Positions 1 to 12,030 of a stretch of 64,000 nt of DNA are shown here, piece by piece (the first letter of the stretch is position 1; every line of letters begins with the position of its first letter). The position numbers and the translations under genes were made by a program. The DNA lies in assembly GCA_002269645.1 (NCBI GenBank), contig NIVC01001274.1, positions 204,408 to 268,407 of the forward strand, written 5' to 3'. The notes below the pieces were generated by a model. The model saw nothing but the letters and a program-made list of their open reading frames with translations. It did not search any database and was not told the DNA's origin. Origin of the DNA: Macrostomum lignano. Taxonomy: Eukaryota.

Positions 1-40
1 AAAAACAAAAGGATGAAACGTAAACCGAAACAAGACTACA

Positions 41-250
41 TGTCAGCGATTAGTTACAGGTGTCAGCGATTAGTTGCATGTGTCAGCGATTAGTTGCATG
101 TGTCAGCGATTAGTTGCATGTGTCAGCGATTAGTTGCATGTGTCAGCGATTAGTTGCATGTGTCAGCGATTAGTTACAGGTGTCAGCAATTAGTTGCATG
201 TGTCAGCGATTAGTTACAGGTGTCAGCGATTAGTTGCAGGAATCAGCAAT
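41..250. repeat. 20-bp minisatellite (TGTCAGCGATTAGTTGCATG / ...TTACAGG), about 10 copies
   Basis: Exact 20-nt periodicity from 41 to 240 with two unit variants. The last, diverged unit runs into the stop codon of gene X. Confidence 0.95.
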
Positions 251-3029
251 TCGTTGCAGCCACACAAAGCCGCTGTCGCTGCCCGTGTTACCGCCTGTGG
301 TGGCCACACAGCCGCTGCCGCCGCAGAAGGAGCCGCCGCCGCCTCCTCCGTGCTCTTTGAGAGTTCCGGCTCCGCCTCCGCTGTAGCCTCCGCCGGTTCC
401 TGCAGAGCCTTTGTCAGAGCCTGGCGCAGCGCCACCACCGCCTCCGCCGCCAAAGCCGCCGTGGGCTGGGCTGCCAACCCCGGCGAGGCCGCCGACCCAG
501 CCTTCGGCCCGACCGCCGCCTCCGTCTCCGGACTCATTGTCTCGTCGCACGCCTGTAAGTCTGCCCAGCCAGCCGGCTCCGCAACCGCCGGGATTTCTAT
601 TGTGGTCTGCGGTGCTCTGGTCGCTGCTGCCTGGCTGTCCGTTGGCGCCTCCGACGCCAGTTTTTGTTGCCTGCAGTTGTTAGTAAGTTTCTCTTCTAAA
701 AGTCTCCTCGATACCTATTAGCAGCACGAATTAAAAGAACATTCTACCACTTAAAATGCACCCCGATTGAAACAAAAAAATAGTTGCTTTGACTCACATC
801 AAAACTACCAATTGAGTTCGTGCCGTTCATGCCTGCCTGACCGTCGGCACCTAAAAATGCAGATGAAACTGCTTTTACTGAATGAAATGCAGATGAGACT
901 GCTGCTCTCCAAAAAAGATCTCTTTACTCCCCATGCAGGTACTGATTTTGAAAACCGCTAGAACTAAATTTGGATCTATAATTCTTTGGCAGTGCTACTG
1001 TAATACGCTCTTAGTTAAATAGTTAAACCGGCTTTGAAGGTCTCAAGTAATCTAATTCATAACTTGCAACAATACCCCGTACTCTACCATTTCTCAAAAG
1101 CTAGCTCTGAAAATTCCAAAGATTTAGTAACACAGTCGGGTAACCAATCAGCAAACCGTTATTATTTTGTGAAGCTCCTCCACCACCGCCAGCGGCCATT
1201 AGCAGCGAATTGTCCGATGTCCGGTACACGAAGCTGCCTCCTCCGCCTCCGCCACCGCTATCGTCCTTTTGGGCCGGACCTCCGGCCTGACCGACAACGA
1301 TGGCCAGCTGAGTGCCTGCCGTCAGGCTGACATTGCCAGCCACCAGGGCTCCCCTGCCGCCATATTTGGCACTGCCAGCTAGGGTGTTGTTGCCACCGTG
1401 AGCTCCGGCGAGTTCGATTCGGTAGCAGCCGGTCACGTCAATCAATGTGTAATGAATGGAACCAAACCGGCCCACCGTAGCGTCTGGAATTATATTTTCG
1501 GTTTAGTTGGAAGTGAAATAAGCTGAAATCAAACTACATTAATCAGGAACTCGAGAACTTTTTGTTTCTAGAACTTTTAACGACAATTCTGACTGCCAGC
1601 CTTTTGTATATAGCAAGAATTCAACAGTTTCACTATGAACTCTGATCTTTGTTTCGACTGTTTCAAGACTATTGAGATACCGTACCAATTTAACATTATT
1701 CTTTCATTCATTTGTCAGCTGTCATTTTATTACTTGGCGGTGATCGCATACATGTATTAATCAAATAAACTATACGATATTTATAAACTGCAGAGTGGTA
1801 TAAAACGGACGGGAAAACTTCCAATTATTCCATCTTCAAGAAGTTTGCTTGCATGATTAAGATGACGAGCGTAAATGTAGAATTAGAAATCTTATAGACG
1901 TGGGTCCGGTCCACGACGTTTGACTATAGCTACCAGTAGTTTGACTGCCGAGTATTTGTAGACCACTAGAAATTGAATTCTGACTCTAACCCTAACCCTA
2001 ATCTAAATTCTAACCTATCAACCCATCGCAGTCAAACTGCCTCTAAATTCGCATTCAGATACACAGTGTGACGGTGTCAAATTCTGTCAGATACTTTATG
2101 GATCATTACGAGCGTAACATTGACGTTTGTGATTTTTTAATGTAATCTTTATAAATTAACCTGATCTGTTCATCTATTCAATATAATCAATACTTAAGTT
2201 TGTTTTAATTGTATCTCAAAAAGCGAATTATTTTGAAGCGTAATTATTGTGTCGGTTTTTAAATACCGTCTTCCTTCGCGGGCGCTAGCATTGTCTTGTG
2301 ACCAATCAGTGGCAATCACACACTAGCTACGGTCTCTACTGCGAAAACTCAATCTATTACATGATAGACTAAAGGCCCTTTAAGATATTATGCGTTTAAC
2401 TACTACAGAAGCCTGTCCCTTTCGATTGTTATAGAACGGCTGTCAATTAGTAATAAACAAATAAATTATACATTCTCAGTTAAAAGCATACTTTACGACT
2501 ACACTACTGTTCACTTCGTCACACATAGTTCTTGTACTGAAGTCTCTCTTACTTTGAAACTCGAGGGTGACATTGGAAACCGGAGCCAGCTTGATCAGAT
2601 CTTCAAAGTTCTGCAACCTCATCACAATTGCATCAGGCTCCGTCCCCATGAGTCTCCACTCGTTGGTCCCAGCTGGAACTCCTGGCTGCTGAGACACTGT
2701 CACTAGCAGACAAAGACCGCTGCTCTTTCTAAATACGGCGGCAGAGCAGCGCATATGTCCGCACCGCATGGTGCATTCTTCAGCTGACGTCACTCCACTG
2801 ACGTTTAACACATGGCTGGTGATAGTCGAGTTTATTTCCAGAGCACCATTGTACTGGATGTAGCGAGTTCGGTTGCAGTTGCCTACCGAATAATTCAAGC
2901 AATTTTTGTTTTAAACAACACGAAATGATAAGACACTAATACTGAATAAGTTTTACCTTCCACAGAGACAATGCAGCACAGAATCATAATGGTAGCAGCC
3001 GTCTGACTTTGAATACTTCCAGAGCACAT
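230..3029 (-). CDS. Gene X: secreted PAN/apple-like + ALK/LTK-type glycine-rich domain protein, 407 aa, 5 exons
   Basis: Exons 3029-2957 (MCSGSIQSQTAATIMILCCIVSVEG, signal-peptide-like), 2882-2553 (PAN-like, EECTMRCGHMRCSAAVF...GLCLL), 1483-1157 (GCYRIELAGAHGG, GGRGA, LAIVVGQAGG, GGGGGSFV, LLMAAGGGGGAS), 850-798 and 670-230 (GGCGAGWLG, GGFGGGGG, GGGYSGGG, GGGGSFC). All introns are GT-AG, phases are compatible, and the CDS totals 1224 nt ending in TAA. Confidence 0.85.
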
Positions 3030-3775
3030 TGTGGATTATTCCTGCTACGAGCCGTAGTGAGGGAGCAAAAGTTTTTGCAACTAGCCTTCTCTGCCTAATT
3101 ATAAGCGCTATTTCCAGGAAATTATTGGCTTGTCGAGATAAAAAGCAACTTGAAGAAAAAGAGGAGTAACAAGTCTGCTTCAGTTGTTCGGCAACACAAC
3201 ACATGCACAAGGAAGCGGTAGCAAAGATTCGACTCAATACTTCCGCCTTTAAAAGCTACTAAAAATTGGGACTCAAAATGAAGACAACCTCTGTTAATTT
3301 TCTTTTCACTGTTGTGTTGTAGGCTGCAAGTTGCTAATTGCCTCACTTAACAGTTGGAGAGCTCCAGTAAAAAGTGCTTTAAATGATGGGCTAACCATTA
3401 AAATCCCTCCTGCTGTCATCCTTGTGAGATGTAGTGTTTGCGCTAAAAAGGAACCCAGTGAATAGCCAATACGCTCGTAAGCTAGATGTAGTAAATTATG
3501 CATTAGCTCTGTTGTTTAAGTGCAGACCCGGTAAACACGTTAAACTCAGGGGAGAGAATTTAATGCGTTGGGAATTCCATGTGCCACAATATGCTTATGC
3601 TCATTTCCCTACCAAAAACGTATGGTAGAAAGACCTATTACAAAAAAAATTGGCGAAGTGCTGTCAAATGAAACCCGAAGTTCGACACCCCGACCAAATG
3701 GACTGCAGTAGAAAACTTGCCAGACCGGTCGACTGTACGCGACAGCCCATATTGCGGTTCATCTCTTGGTATTAA

Positions 3776-4420
3776 TGTGATTTAATAGGGATTAGTTTTA
3801 TTTTAAGGCTCTAAGACAGAACCTGTGGTGACTTGGCTGGGTTGATTTTTGTTAGGGATGTTAGCTTGTACTTTATTCAGTGTTTGGGGGTGGTGTTTTT
3901 ACCTGTTTCGCTCTGTGCGGCTTTCTACAATATCTTGATGTACTCTCTTACTCATGTACGTTCTTCAATCTGGCTACTTTTGTTCTCCAACCTTATCCAC
4001 TAAATGTATCGTGCTCAATACTTACAATATAAATCGCAGTCGCTTGCCTCGTATCAAGCTTATATCGTTCTACAATCTAAAGTGAAGTCTTTACACTGGC
4101 GACGAGCCATGAGCTTGTTGGGCTCAGTTGAACCCTTTGAAGAGGGGAGTGAAAAATGGCAGCAGTATCAAGCCAGATTGGAGCAGTTCTTCGAGGCGAA
4201 CGACATCAGACCTTAAAGCAGCGTGCGGTTCTTCTGAGCGTCTGCGGCAGGAAGACCTACCAGCTGATCGCCAGCCTGCTGTCTCCGCAAGAGCCGGCCA
4301 AGTCTGACTACGCTACGATCTGCGAAAAGTTAAAAGATCATTTTGATCCTGCACCGCCCGAGATTGTGCACCGTTTCCGGTTTTACAGCCGCGGCCGTCA
4401 GCCTGGCGAAACCATCGCCG
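3776..4420 (+). mobile_element. Ty3/gypsy remnant: 5' LTR-like segment, primer-binding site and truncated gag
   Basis: TGTGAT...TTACA (3776-4095), then TGGCGACGAG PBS (4097-4106) and ATG at 4109. Gag-like MSLLGSVEPFEEGSEKWQQYQARLEQFFEAND / KQRAVLLSVCG...LKDHFDP...HRFRFYSRGRQPGET with a frameshift. Confidence 0.75.
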
Positions 4421-5030
4421 ATCGGCCTGGCGTCAACATGCAGAAACCGTCGTGTTTCCGCGCTGGTCTGGTTCCCGGCGTCCGCGAGGATTTGCGGCAT
4501 CGCCGCGGACTTGCCTGGGCTGCCTTTCGTCTGTGAGGGCAGTCCTGCAGTCCGAGGCCTTACCTGACCGCCAGAAGGCGGCGTTTTTCCAGCCGATATT
4601 GAGATCGTCCTGCTGTACAACGCCAAGACTTGGACGCTGACGGAGTCGCCCGAGCAACAAGTTGACGCGGCGCACGCTGGCCTGCTGCGCGCCGCCTTCA
4701 AAATCGGTCACGAGCGAGTGGCCGAGTAACCAACGCGGCTTTGTATCGCCGCGCCGGCCTGGTCCGTCCAAGCGACCTGTTGCGCCGTCGGCGACTCCAG
4801 CTAGCACGCCACATCATCTGCACCGAGTTGTACCGCCCACAGCCGGTGCAGGAGGTGCTGCTGCTAACGCTGCAGGCACCTTACCGGCGGCGGGGGCAGG
4901 CGCGCACTCGGCGTTTCGTCGACTGCCTGCTGGCTGATGCCGGCGCCCCGGATTCGGCCGGCGGCGTTGCATTCGTTCGCGACCTGGCCTTGAGGTGCAC
5001 CCTGTGACGCTGAACGCGTATTCTGTTGTT
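4421..5030 (+). mobile_element. 3' fragment of an RTE-like non-LTR retrotransposon (degenerate)
   Basis: Across frames it reads GLVPGVREDLRHRRGLAWAAF..., VLLYNAKTWTLTESPEQQVDAAHAGLLRAAF, TNAALYRRAGL..RRRRLQLARH. This is the C-terminal region typical of RTE-clade ORFs (LLY..ETW motif). Multiple indels. Confidence 0.7.
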
Positions 5031-6464
5031 GTGTTCCCAATCGATTTGTCTAACAAGTTATCGATTCCAACCGCTTCACTAAATTCAGGTATGTTTTTGC
5101 TTAGAGCAAAATTGAGCAAAAGGAATAAAATATTTACATTACAAGATTTTTTTCACCAGTTGAGCTAGTGAATTTTTCCAAAGGAAAAATATGGCTACTG
5201 TAAAGATGCATTTCTACTAATAGTAGTAATTTAAGCAAATTTAGTGAAATAATTCAGTTTGAATATCAATCAGAGACTACTTGAACTTAGTTTCATAAGA
5301 TATCAATAGAGTTATATAAGAGAGGCACATCATATCAAAAGGACAGGTGAACATTGGGTCTGCATCCTATCCAAAGCAATAATTTTGTTATCCTTCAAAG
5401 CTTCAAAATATTTCCATAGATTTCGAGACGTGTCTTTCTACTTTAGTAGTCCTTGCGTTGAATAATTTTGGATGACACACGTTTTCTGTTTAATTAGACA
5501 ATCGCTTTCACAAAATTTTGTAAGATATTTATTATTTTCATTTTTAAGGCTATTCTCTTTCGCTATTAACTGTTTCCTACTCTGAAATAAGTTTAGGAGT
5601 TGAGAAAGGCGACCCTTGAAACTCTCAAGAGCCTTGCAACGTATGCAGATCCAGCTGTAGCCATTCAGTCAACAAAGTGAAATTGCTGCTTTGATAGCAA
5701 TCAAGCCATGTATGGCACTTGCAGCTTCCCAGACCAACTGTATGTACTAGCTAGTAGACTCTGTTTTTATTAGAGTCAAGTGAACTTGTACCCGATTGAG
5801 CTTGAACTATTGCTGACAAGAGAAATGTTGCCACGGTCAAAAAAAGTTTCTGAACAATCAATGCTCCGTGCTGAAAAATAATGCAATAGAATTGTTATAT
5901 CCTGCTTGAATGATTTTCCTGTGAACCCATTTTCTAGCGATACACACTGCCTGCATAGGACCGTGACTGTATAATACAGACTTTGCGGACGGATATTACA
6001 CTCGAAATCAGCATTCAAGTGAACACGCAAGCAATTCACTAATACGTGGGCTAACATAATGTGAAAGTACCACTTTGCATGCGAACAATTAAAACTATTG
6101 TTCACTATTATAGTTCTGATGCCATATTAGCTCTTTTAAGTTCGTTTTCTATTGCTCAAAACCGTTCAGAACAAGTGCACACAGAAGTATTGTCATAAAA
6201 ACATCCGTAGTACCTCCAAAAACCAAGGATACATTTTTGCGGAGAACTCTTTGTCTTAAAGATGATCTTAAAAATCTTAAAAATTTGACTTTAGACGAGA
6301 ATTAAACATTGCACGAATACGGTATGCTGTAAAGAAGTAGTCTAAATATTTCTAAAAATTCTTAAGATTTTTGTTCCTATTAAACGAACGTCACACAGAC
6401 TACCTTTTGCTTCAAATTATTTTAGTTCAGTAGCTACTCTTTTAGACAACAGGCCTCCTTGGTC

Positions 6465-9400
6465 TCAAGGACACGAGCCAAGATTCGCCAGACTCAGCAG
6501 CACAGAGCCGTGCTTGCTGGCCGTGTTGCCGCCAGCACTGCCGGTGCAGCCGCTGCCGCCGCAAAATGAGCCACCGCCGCCTCCGCAATGGTTGCCGTAG
6601 ATACCGGCTCCGCCGCCGCTGTAACCGCCGCCAGCTCCGGCTGCGCCAACGAAAGAGCTGGAGGCCGTACCAGCACCTCCTCCACCGCCGAAGCCGCCGC
6701 AGGCGATGCTGCTGCCACCGGCGCTGCCTCCGACCCAGCTGTCGTTTTTACCACCGCCTCGATCGCCGTCGTAGCTGTTGTACCTGCGGTGTAATAATGC
6801 TCATATAGTCACTTGACGAAAGGATTTCAGTGTTGCACTGTCTCAAAAAATGAACTTTCCGACAGTAAATGAAGCATATTTGTATTAGTATTTTGTCTTA
6901 CAAGGTTGATTTACAAGTTTATAGGACATATTTTTCGAAAGATAACAGCATATGCAGTTCCTTTCTTTTCTTCTTCCTTTCTGTATTGGGGATTTCTAGT
7001 TTCAGAGCTAAAAGTAAAAACCATATTTTTATGCGATTTTAGATGAGCTTTTCACTGCAACAAATCTGCTTTCTGTGATATTGGCACGATTTCCAGACGT
7101 AGAATGTACTGCACAGTATTTGCGCACGTGCTTTAAGATCCTAGATACGCCAATATAGGCCAGTATACTCATGCTTACCTGGGGTTCACAGGTTTCCCCA
7201 GCCAGCCGGCACCGCAGCCGCCATGGTTCATGCCAGAGGAAGTTGTTTTAGCACTTGGATTATTGCTTCCGGGTTGACCGTTTACGCCTCCGATTCCGAA
7301 AAGATGGCTCTGGTGATTTGATATGAAGTTAACTGATACCAGCAAACGTAAAGAAAACTATTTGCAATGAGGCTCATCTCGCCAAATCATATAGTAAATC
7401 GTAAAATGCGGTATTTGTTGATATGCATGTAAATTTAAAAAATGGAGCCACACAGTCGTCTCACAGCCAGCAAAAAGTACTTGTGCACATTTGCTGACCT
7501 CTAAACATGTCGTCGCACAGTGTTTCTACTGTGGATGTTGTAGGAACCTGCGTGAGTCCACCCCAGTGCCCAAACCCAAAATTGTTGTGGTCGTGCCCGA
7601 AAAAATAATAACAAACGACTTTATCGCTCCGCTATCCACCGTCTCTGCTACGCTACGCTTGTACAACCGAATTGACACAGGCACATGGATTATGCATTCC
7701 GCTCGATGATTTCCACATAACATTCTATTTCATATTTCAACACATTTCCATAAAAATTAAGTGGCTTGAATTACACCATATTTCATAATTGCAGCAAAAT
7801 ACGGCTTGATGGCTCCTCCATGCAAACTTTCCGTTCTCAAAGGTCTTCAGAAGGTAGAAATATACGAGCTACAATCGATTCAAGATAGAAACTACTACCG
7901 TTTTTTTATTTCGATAGGCCCTACCAGTTGCTGAAGATGAACTTTTCAAAAAAATTTAATGTGTTTACGCATTTGTATGTATGCATCAGTAAAAAGGCAG
8001 GCTCAATATTGGTTGAGCGCTGGTATGATAGGATACCGCAATTTTGTCTTAGGCTCGGTACCTCATGAATGACACAAGATGGCCAGGATGAATTCCTGAC
8101 TTGTTGCTTGAAAGCATACTTCTAAGCAAATAGATTCTCTGTTTCACAACTCAAAACCCATGCAAATACGAGTAGAGCTCAATAATTGAAGAGGCTTTTC
8201 TTACTGATAGCTCAGGTGTGTGAAACTTACCTCACCTTCACCTAGGGAACCTGATCCGTTCACGCCTGCCTCGCCAAGCCTTCCTAAAGAGATAATTTGC
8301 ACACAAAGCTTAGGCATTCAAAATGCGAATTTCAAAAGTAAGACTGAACACTACCATTTGAACTCACCATCGTATGCGAAGGACGCGCCGCCACCACCGC
8401 CGGCAGCCATCAAGAGTTGATTGTTGAATGCGTCGTACGCGAAGCTGCCTCCACCGCCGCCGCCACTGTTTGAAGACGAGTCTGCCGGACCGCCAGCCTG
8501 ACCGACAACGATAGATAGCTGTGTTCCCGCTGTCAGGTTAACATTGCCAACGACCAGGGCTCCCCTGCCGCCGAACTTGCTGCTACTAACCAGGGTGTTG
8601 TCGCCTCCTTTTGCTCCGCTGATTTCGATGCGATAGCAGCCGGTAAAGTTTATAACTACTTGTTGGATGACACCGAACCGACCGGTGCTCGAGTCTGGAA
8701 TCAGGAAAAACAGTTGAGCATTGTTGAGTTTTGCTGAACCGTAGAATCATGAGCAATTAAAACAGAAGGATGTCAAACTTTAAAACTGGTTTTGAAGCAA
8801 AAATTTCACGGATTCCTAGTTTCGAATCATTCTACTTCTGTTGTCTCTGCATGAAATTGTGAAAAACAATGAAACACTTGCTTGAAAAAACGCGAGTGAA
8901 ATTGATTTTGGCTGTTGACTTGATTATATCTTCAAAATCCGGTAGTTTCCACGCGACTGTGTCAGTCTCAGCTCCCAGGAATCTCTGCTCGTTAGTTCCA
9001 GTCGCCGATCCTGACTCCCCAGACACGGTCGCCAGCTGGCAGAGACTGGTGCCCTTCCAGAACGCGCCAGCAGAGCAGCTCATCAGTCCGCATCGCATGA
9101 CGCATTCCTGCACTGTCGTGACTCCGGTGACGTTCAACACTTGGCTGGAGACTGTCCCGTTGATGACTAGGACACCAGAGTGCTTGACGTAGCGAGTTGA
9201 ATTACGACAAGAGCCTAAACGTTTGTAAATGAAAGCTTCATACATGTAAACCTGACGTCGCCAAGGACTACTTAAGTAAAAGGACAGAAAAGTTTTGAGA
9301 GGCAGGTTTTACTGTTAAATACGCTCGTACATTACTGAGAATATATATAAGCTTTAAAAGATGAAAAATGGATCAAGTCGACTTATTGGTTTTATGAATC

Positions 9401-9913
9401 TATCAAGGACAACTTTGACGGGAAATGACGGGAATTAATAACTTAGATGGGCCTCCAAATATTGTCGTTTCCCGTCACCGAGTATTGAGTAGTCTCTAGA
9501 ATCTATTTTATCATTCTGTTGAACATTTTTATTTCATAGTCAGCCAAGATCTCTTATTTTCTAACCTTAAAGGTTTATGATTATCAATTTCTGCTATAAG
9601 AAAAAGCAATACATATAACGATGAAGATCATGGGTCTGCCTCCGATCAGAGTCAGTAGCAATTTTTGTTCTGAAAAAAAACGAAAACCGTTCTTTGTAAT
9701 GTTTTTTTCGGTAAAACATGCCCCTTAAAATTTTTCAACTAGCGTATTTTACCGTCTTTCTAATTGAAAAATCCTTGGACGTTATATGCACAAAACAAAA
9801 CAAAATAGTAACGAAATAAAACAAAATAAAACGGATCTCTCACCCTCCATCGAGCCGATGCAGGAGCAAACGAAAGCGCAAAATATGATAAATCTAATGT
9901 GCGTTATCTTCAT
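6465..9913 (-). CDS. Gene A: secreted PAN-like + ALK/LTK-type glycine-rich domain protein, 410 aa, 6 exons
   Basis: Exons 9913-9844 (MKITHIRFIIFCAFVCSCIGSMEG), 9214-8882 (PAN-like; ends at a GC donor), 8694-8368, 8283-8231, 7309-7179 and 6783-6465. Total 1233 nt, open to TGA. Exon 3 (327 nt) and exon 4 (53 nt) have the same lengths as in gene X. Confidence 0.85.
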
Positions 9914-10029
9914 TTCTTTCTAATACGCTCATATAATTGAGTCTTTCTAAGGCAACTGTTCTTCTGCCGACGTAGCAGATGATTATTTTCCAATATGCTC
10001 AGAAATCTTAGTCACTTTCAAGGCATGAC

Positions 10030-10103
10030 TATATATATGTGTATATATAAGCTGCTCACGAAGTTCCTGTCCATTACACCTATCGCTTTTCGTCGCAACC
10101 AAT
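10030..10103 (-). promoter_or_regulatory. Candidate core promoter of gene A (CCAAT box + TATA-like tract)
   Basis: CCAAT at 10099-10103 and TATATATA tracts at 10030-10050 lie in canonical order upstream of the ATG (9913). Both are retained in the A' copy (34008-34012; 33944-33952). Confidence 0.35.
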
Positions 10104-11705
10104 CAACGCCTTTTTCGCAATTTTATCCAACCACGCTGCCATGAAGGCTTCATTTCTGACCAGGAGTAATAAAACTTGCCTGTAGCTGCCACGCTGGATT
10201 CATAAGAAGAAGCTTAATGAAAAACTCGGAGGCCATTTTCAAGGTCTCAACTGGTACGCTACTTCTTTTGAAAGATCAAGTATCGCAGAGTTTTTTACGC
10301 GTCTATAGGCAAGCTGACTAGATCAAATTTGAATTATGATCAACCTATCTGTCCAAATAGGCTAGGCCAGTGATCCTTAGTGAACTCGTTTCTAAAATTC
10401 TTTTAAAATATTATAGTGACGCGTATGTTATAATGTATTTTGCCTAGCCTTATTTAGAATAGATTTTTTATGGGGATTATTGTGCTAGTGAGTCACCATT
10501 ATACACTGCTTAATGTGCGTATTACAGAATTGAGTACCCATATGATACATATATACTCGTGAATGTACTGGCTCGCTTTTGGCCTAAAATATGATGGATA
10601 GTTCTAATACAACCGCCTGTCTATCAAATACATCAATCGATAGAAGCTTCTGATTGGATGAGCTCAGGATGACTAGCGCGACTCTGATTGGCTGATCTCA
10701 AGACCTCAAAACCATCTCCACCTGTCGATCATAAATCATAAATCATAATTGAAAGTAGTTAATTAAACGTAGGAGACAAATTGAATGTCAAAACCCTTAA
10801 CTTTCTGAAGCAGACGTGACTGCAGTATATCGCAGCTCAATAAAATCAAATATGACAATAAAATACAATCACTATGATGATACGAAACTGGCAGCTACGT
10901 CTTGCATAGTTATATGAGAGGCGGTGCAAACAGTAGGAATAACTGCTGATACAGGCAATAGAATTCTACAATCAGGTGATGCTATGCACAGCAAATATGA
11001 ATACTCGTAAAAATGAGAAGCAGCATTGTTCAGCTGACGTCTGCAATGTCAACACAATTCTTAGCTTTCAGAAAAACTAACGCGCTTCTTAGCCAACCGC
11101 GGGCCAAAAAAGGAGCAAAAAGGAAGCCACAGGGGTGTCGACGAGGAAGCAGTCTGGCAAGAAGCAAATGTATTTGAAGCAAATATCACGATGCGATGTC
11201 ACGGCGTACATGTATAAAAGAACGGACGTAGAAGCGCCTTGCAATTTTCCGTGAACAAGCCCTAAATGAATGTGTCAAACCAGGCATCCAGATGTGTTTA
11301 AGCTGCTCTCTCCCCGCTTTTAGTATCTAAGCAATCTGCCAACAGTCGCTACAGGCTTACATGTATGTTGCTAAGGCATCAATCGATAATTTAAGCCCAC
11401 ATACGGAAACACACACAAGCATCACGCAAGCCAAATAAAAAGCATAAATCGCTTCTGCTGTTAATGCACGATCTCCATCTGCGTTTCAGAAAAATGTCGG
11501 ATCAGTCGTTTACTTACTGACTACTGACTGACTCACTACTTTGTGAAACATTGTCTATTTAGAGTGTATACCAAAGAGACGGACAACGTCCCATTCCGTT
11601 TGATAGTGAGTAAAAAACAAGTAGCGATATAGCATCCTTACACTTCTACTGCCATTTAGGAAAGCTGGGACTTATATACTAGTATAGTTGCTTCATTTAA
11701 ACCGG

Positions 11706-12030
11706 AATTGGAGATCTTTCTAAGTCTTCAAAATCTAAATAGCAACCCCACTCATGAGTTTCACGCGCACGGCGGCTGTTGTGCCGGCTGGCTGGGCAGA
11801 GCTGTACTTTCGAGGCTGGGTCTTTCAATGCTTGAATTGAAAGAGGCATTCAAATACATCTGTAAATCCACCTTTGCTAACGTCCTAATACTCTGCATTG
11901 CTTCAGTTCACGCAGCTGTAAAATGGGTGCCCCAGTCCTTGGACTGAACAGCCGTACGCAGACTTCAGATGCTCTGAGCAATAGCTGCGGCTGTGCTGTC
12001 GGTTGCACATCTGGCCCCATTGGGGCAGGT
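11706..12030 (+). pseudogene. Remnant C: decayed fragment of a family paralog
   Basis: CACGGCGGCTGTTGTGCCGGCTGGCTGGGC (HGGCCAGWLG) matches the family motif HGGCGAGWLG. The flanking GGAGATCTT...AAATAGC..CCC matches 41636-41680 in the duplicated block. Confidence 0.5.

Noticed and set aside
41-250. CRISPR-like array (also 52668-53030)
   Set aside because: Units are contiguous with no unique spacers, there are no cas genes, and the context is eukaryotic.
230-670. Resemblance to mycobacterial PE-PGRS, collagen or plant glycine-rich wall proteins; possible bacterial origin
   Set aside because: No Gly-X-Y periodicity or PE domain. The ordered ALK/LTK-type motifs and spliceosomal introns are present.
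194-721. Ala-, Pro- or Arg-rich ORFs overlapping the glycine-rich exons (also 6494-6808, 27777-28256, 30965-31222, 47517-48039, 51039-51384)
   Set aside because: Shadow frames of GGC-rich coding sequence. The spliced Gly frame has signal peptide, conserved motifs and splice sites.
1930-2045. Telomere-like TAACCC repeats within a short inverted repeat
   Set aside because: Only about two exact units inside a small hairpin; not a telomeric array, and no TSD could be defined.
2068-2325. Possible solo LTR (TGTGACGG...ATCACA)
   Set aside because: No matching target duplication. The same start motif recurs at ~29073 without a partner end.
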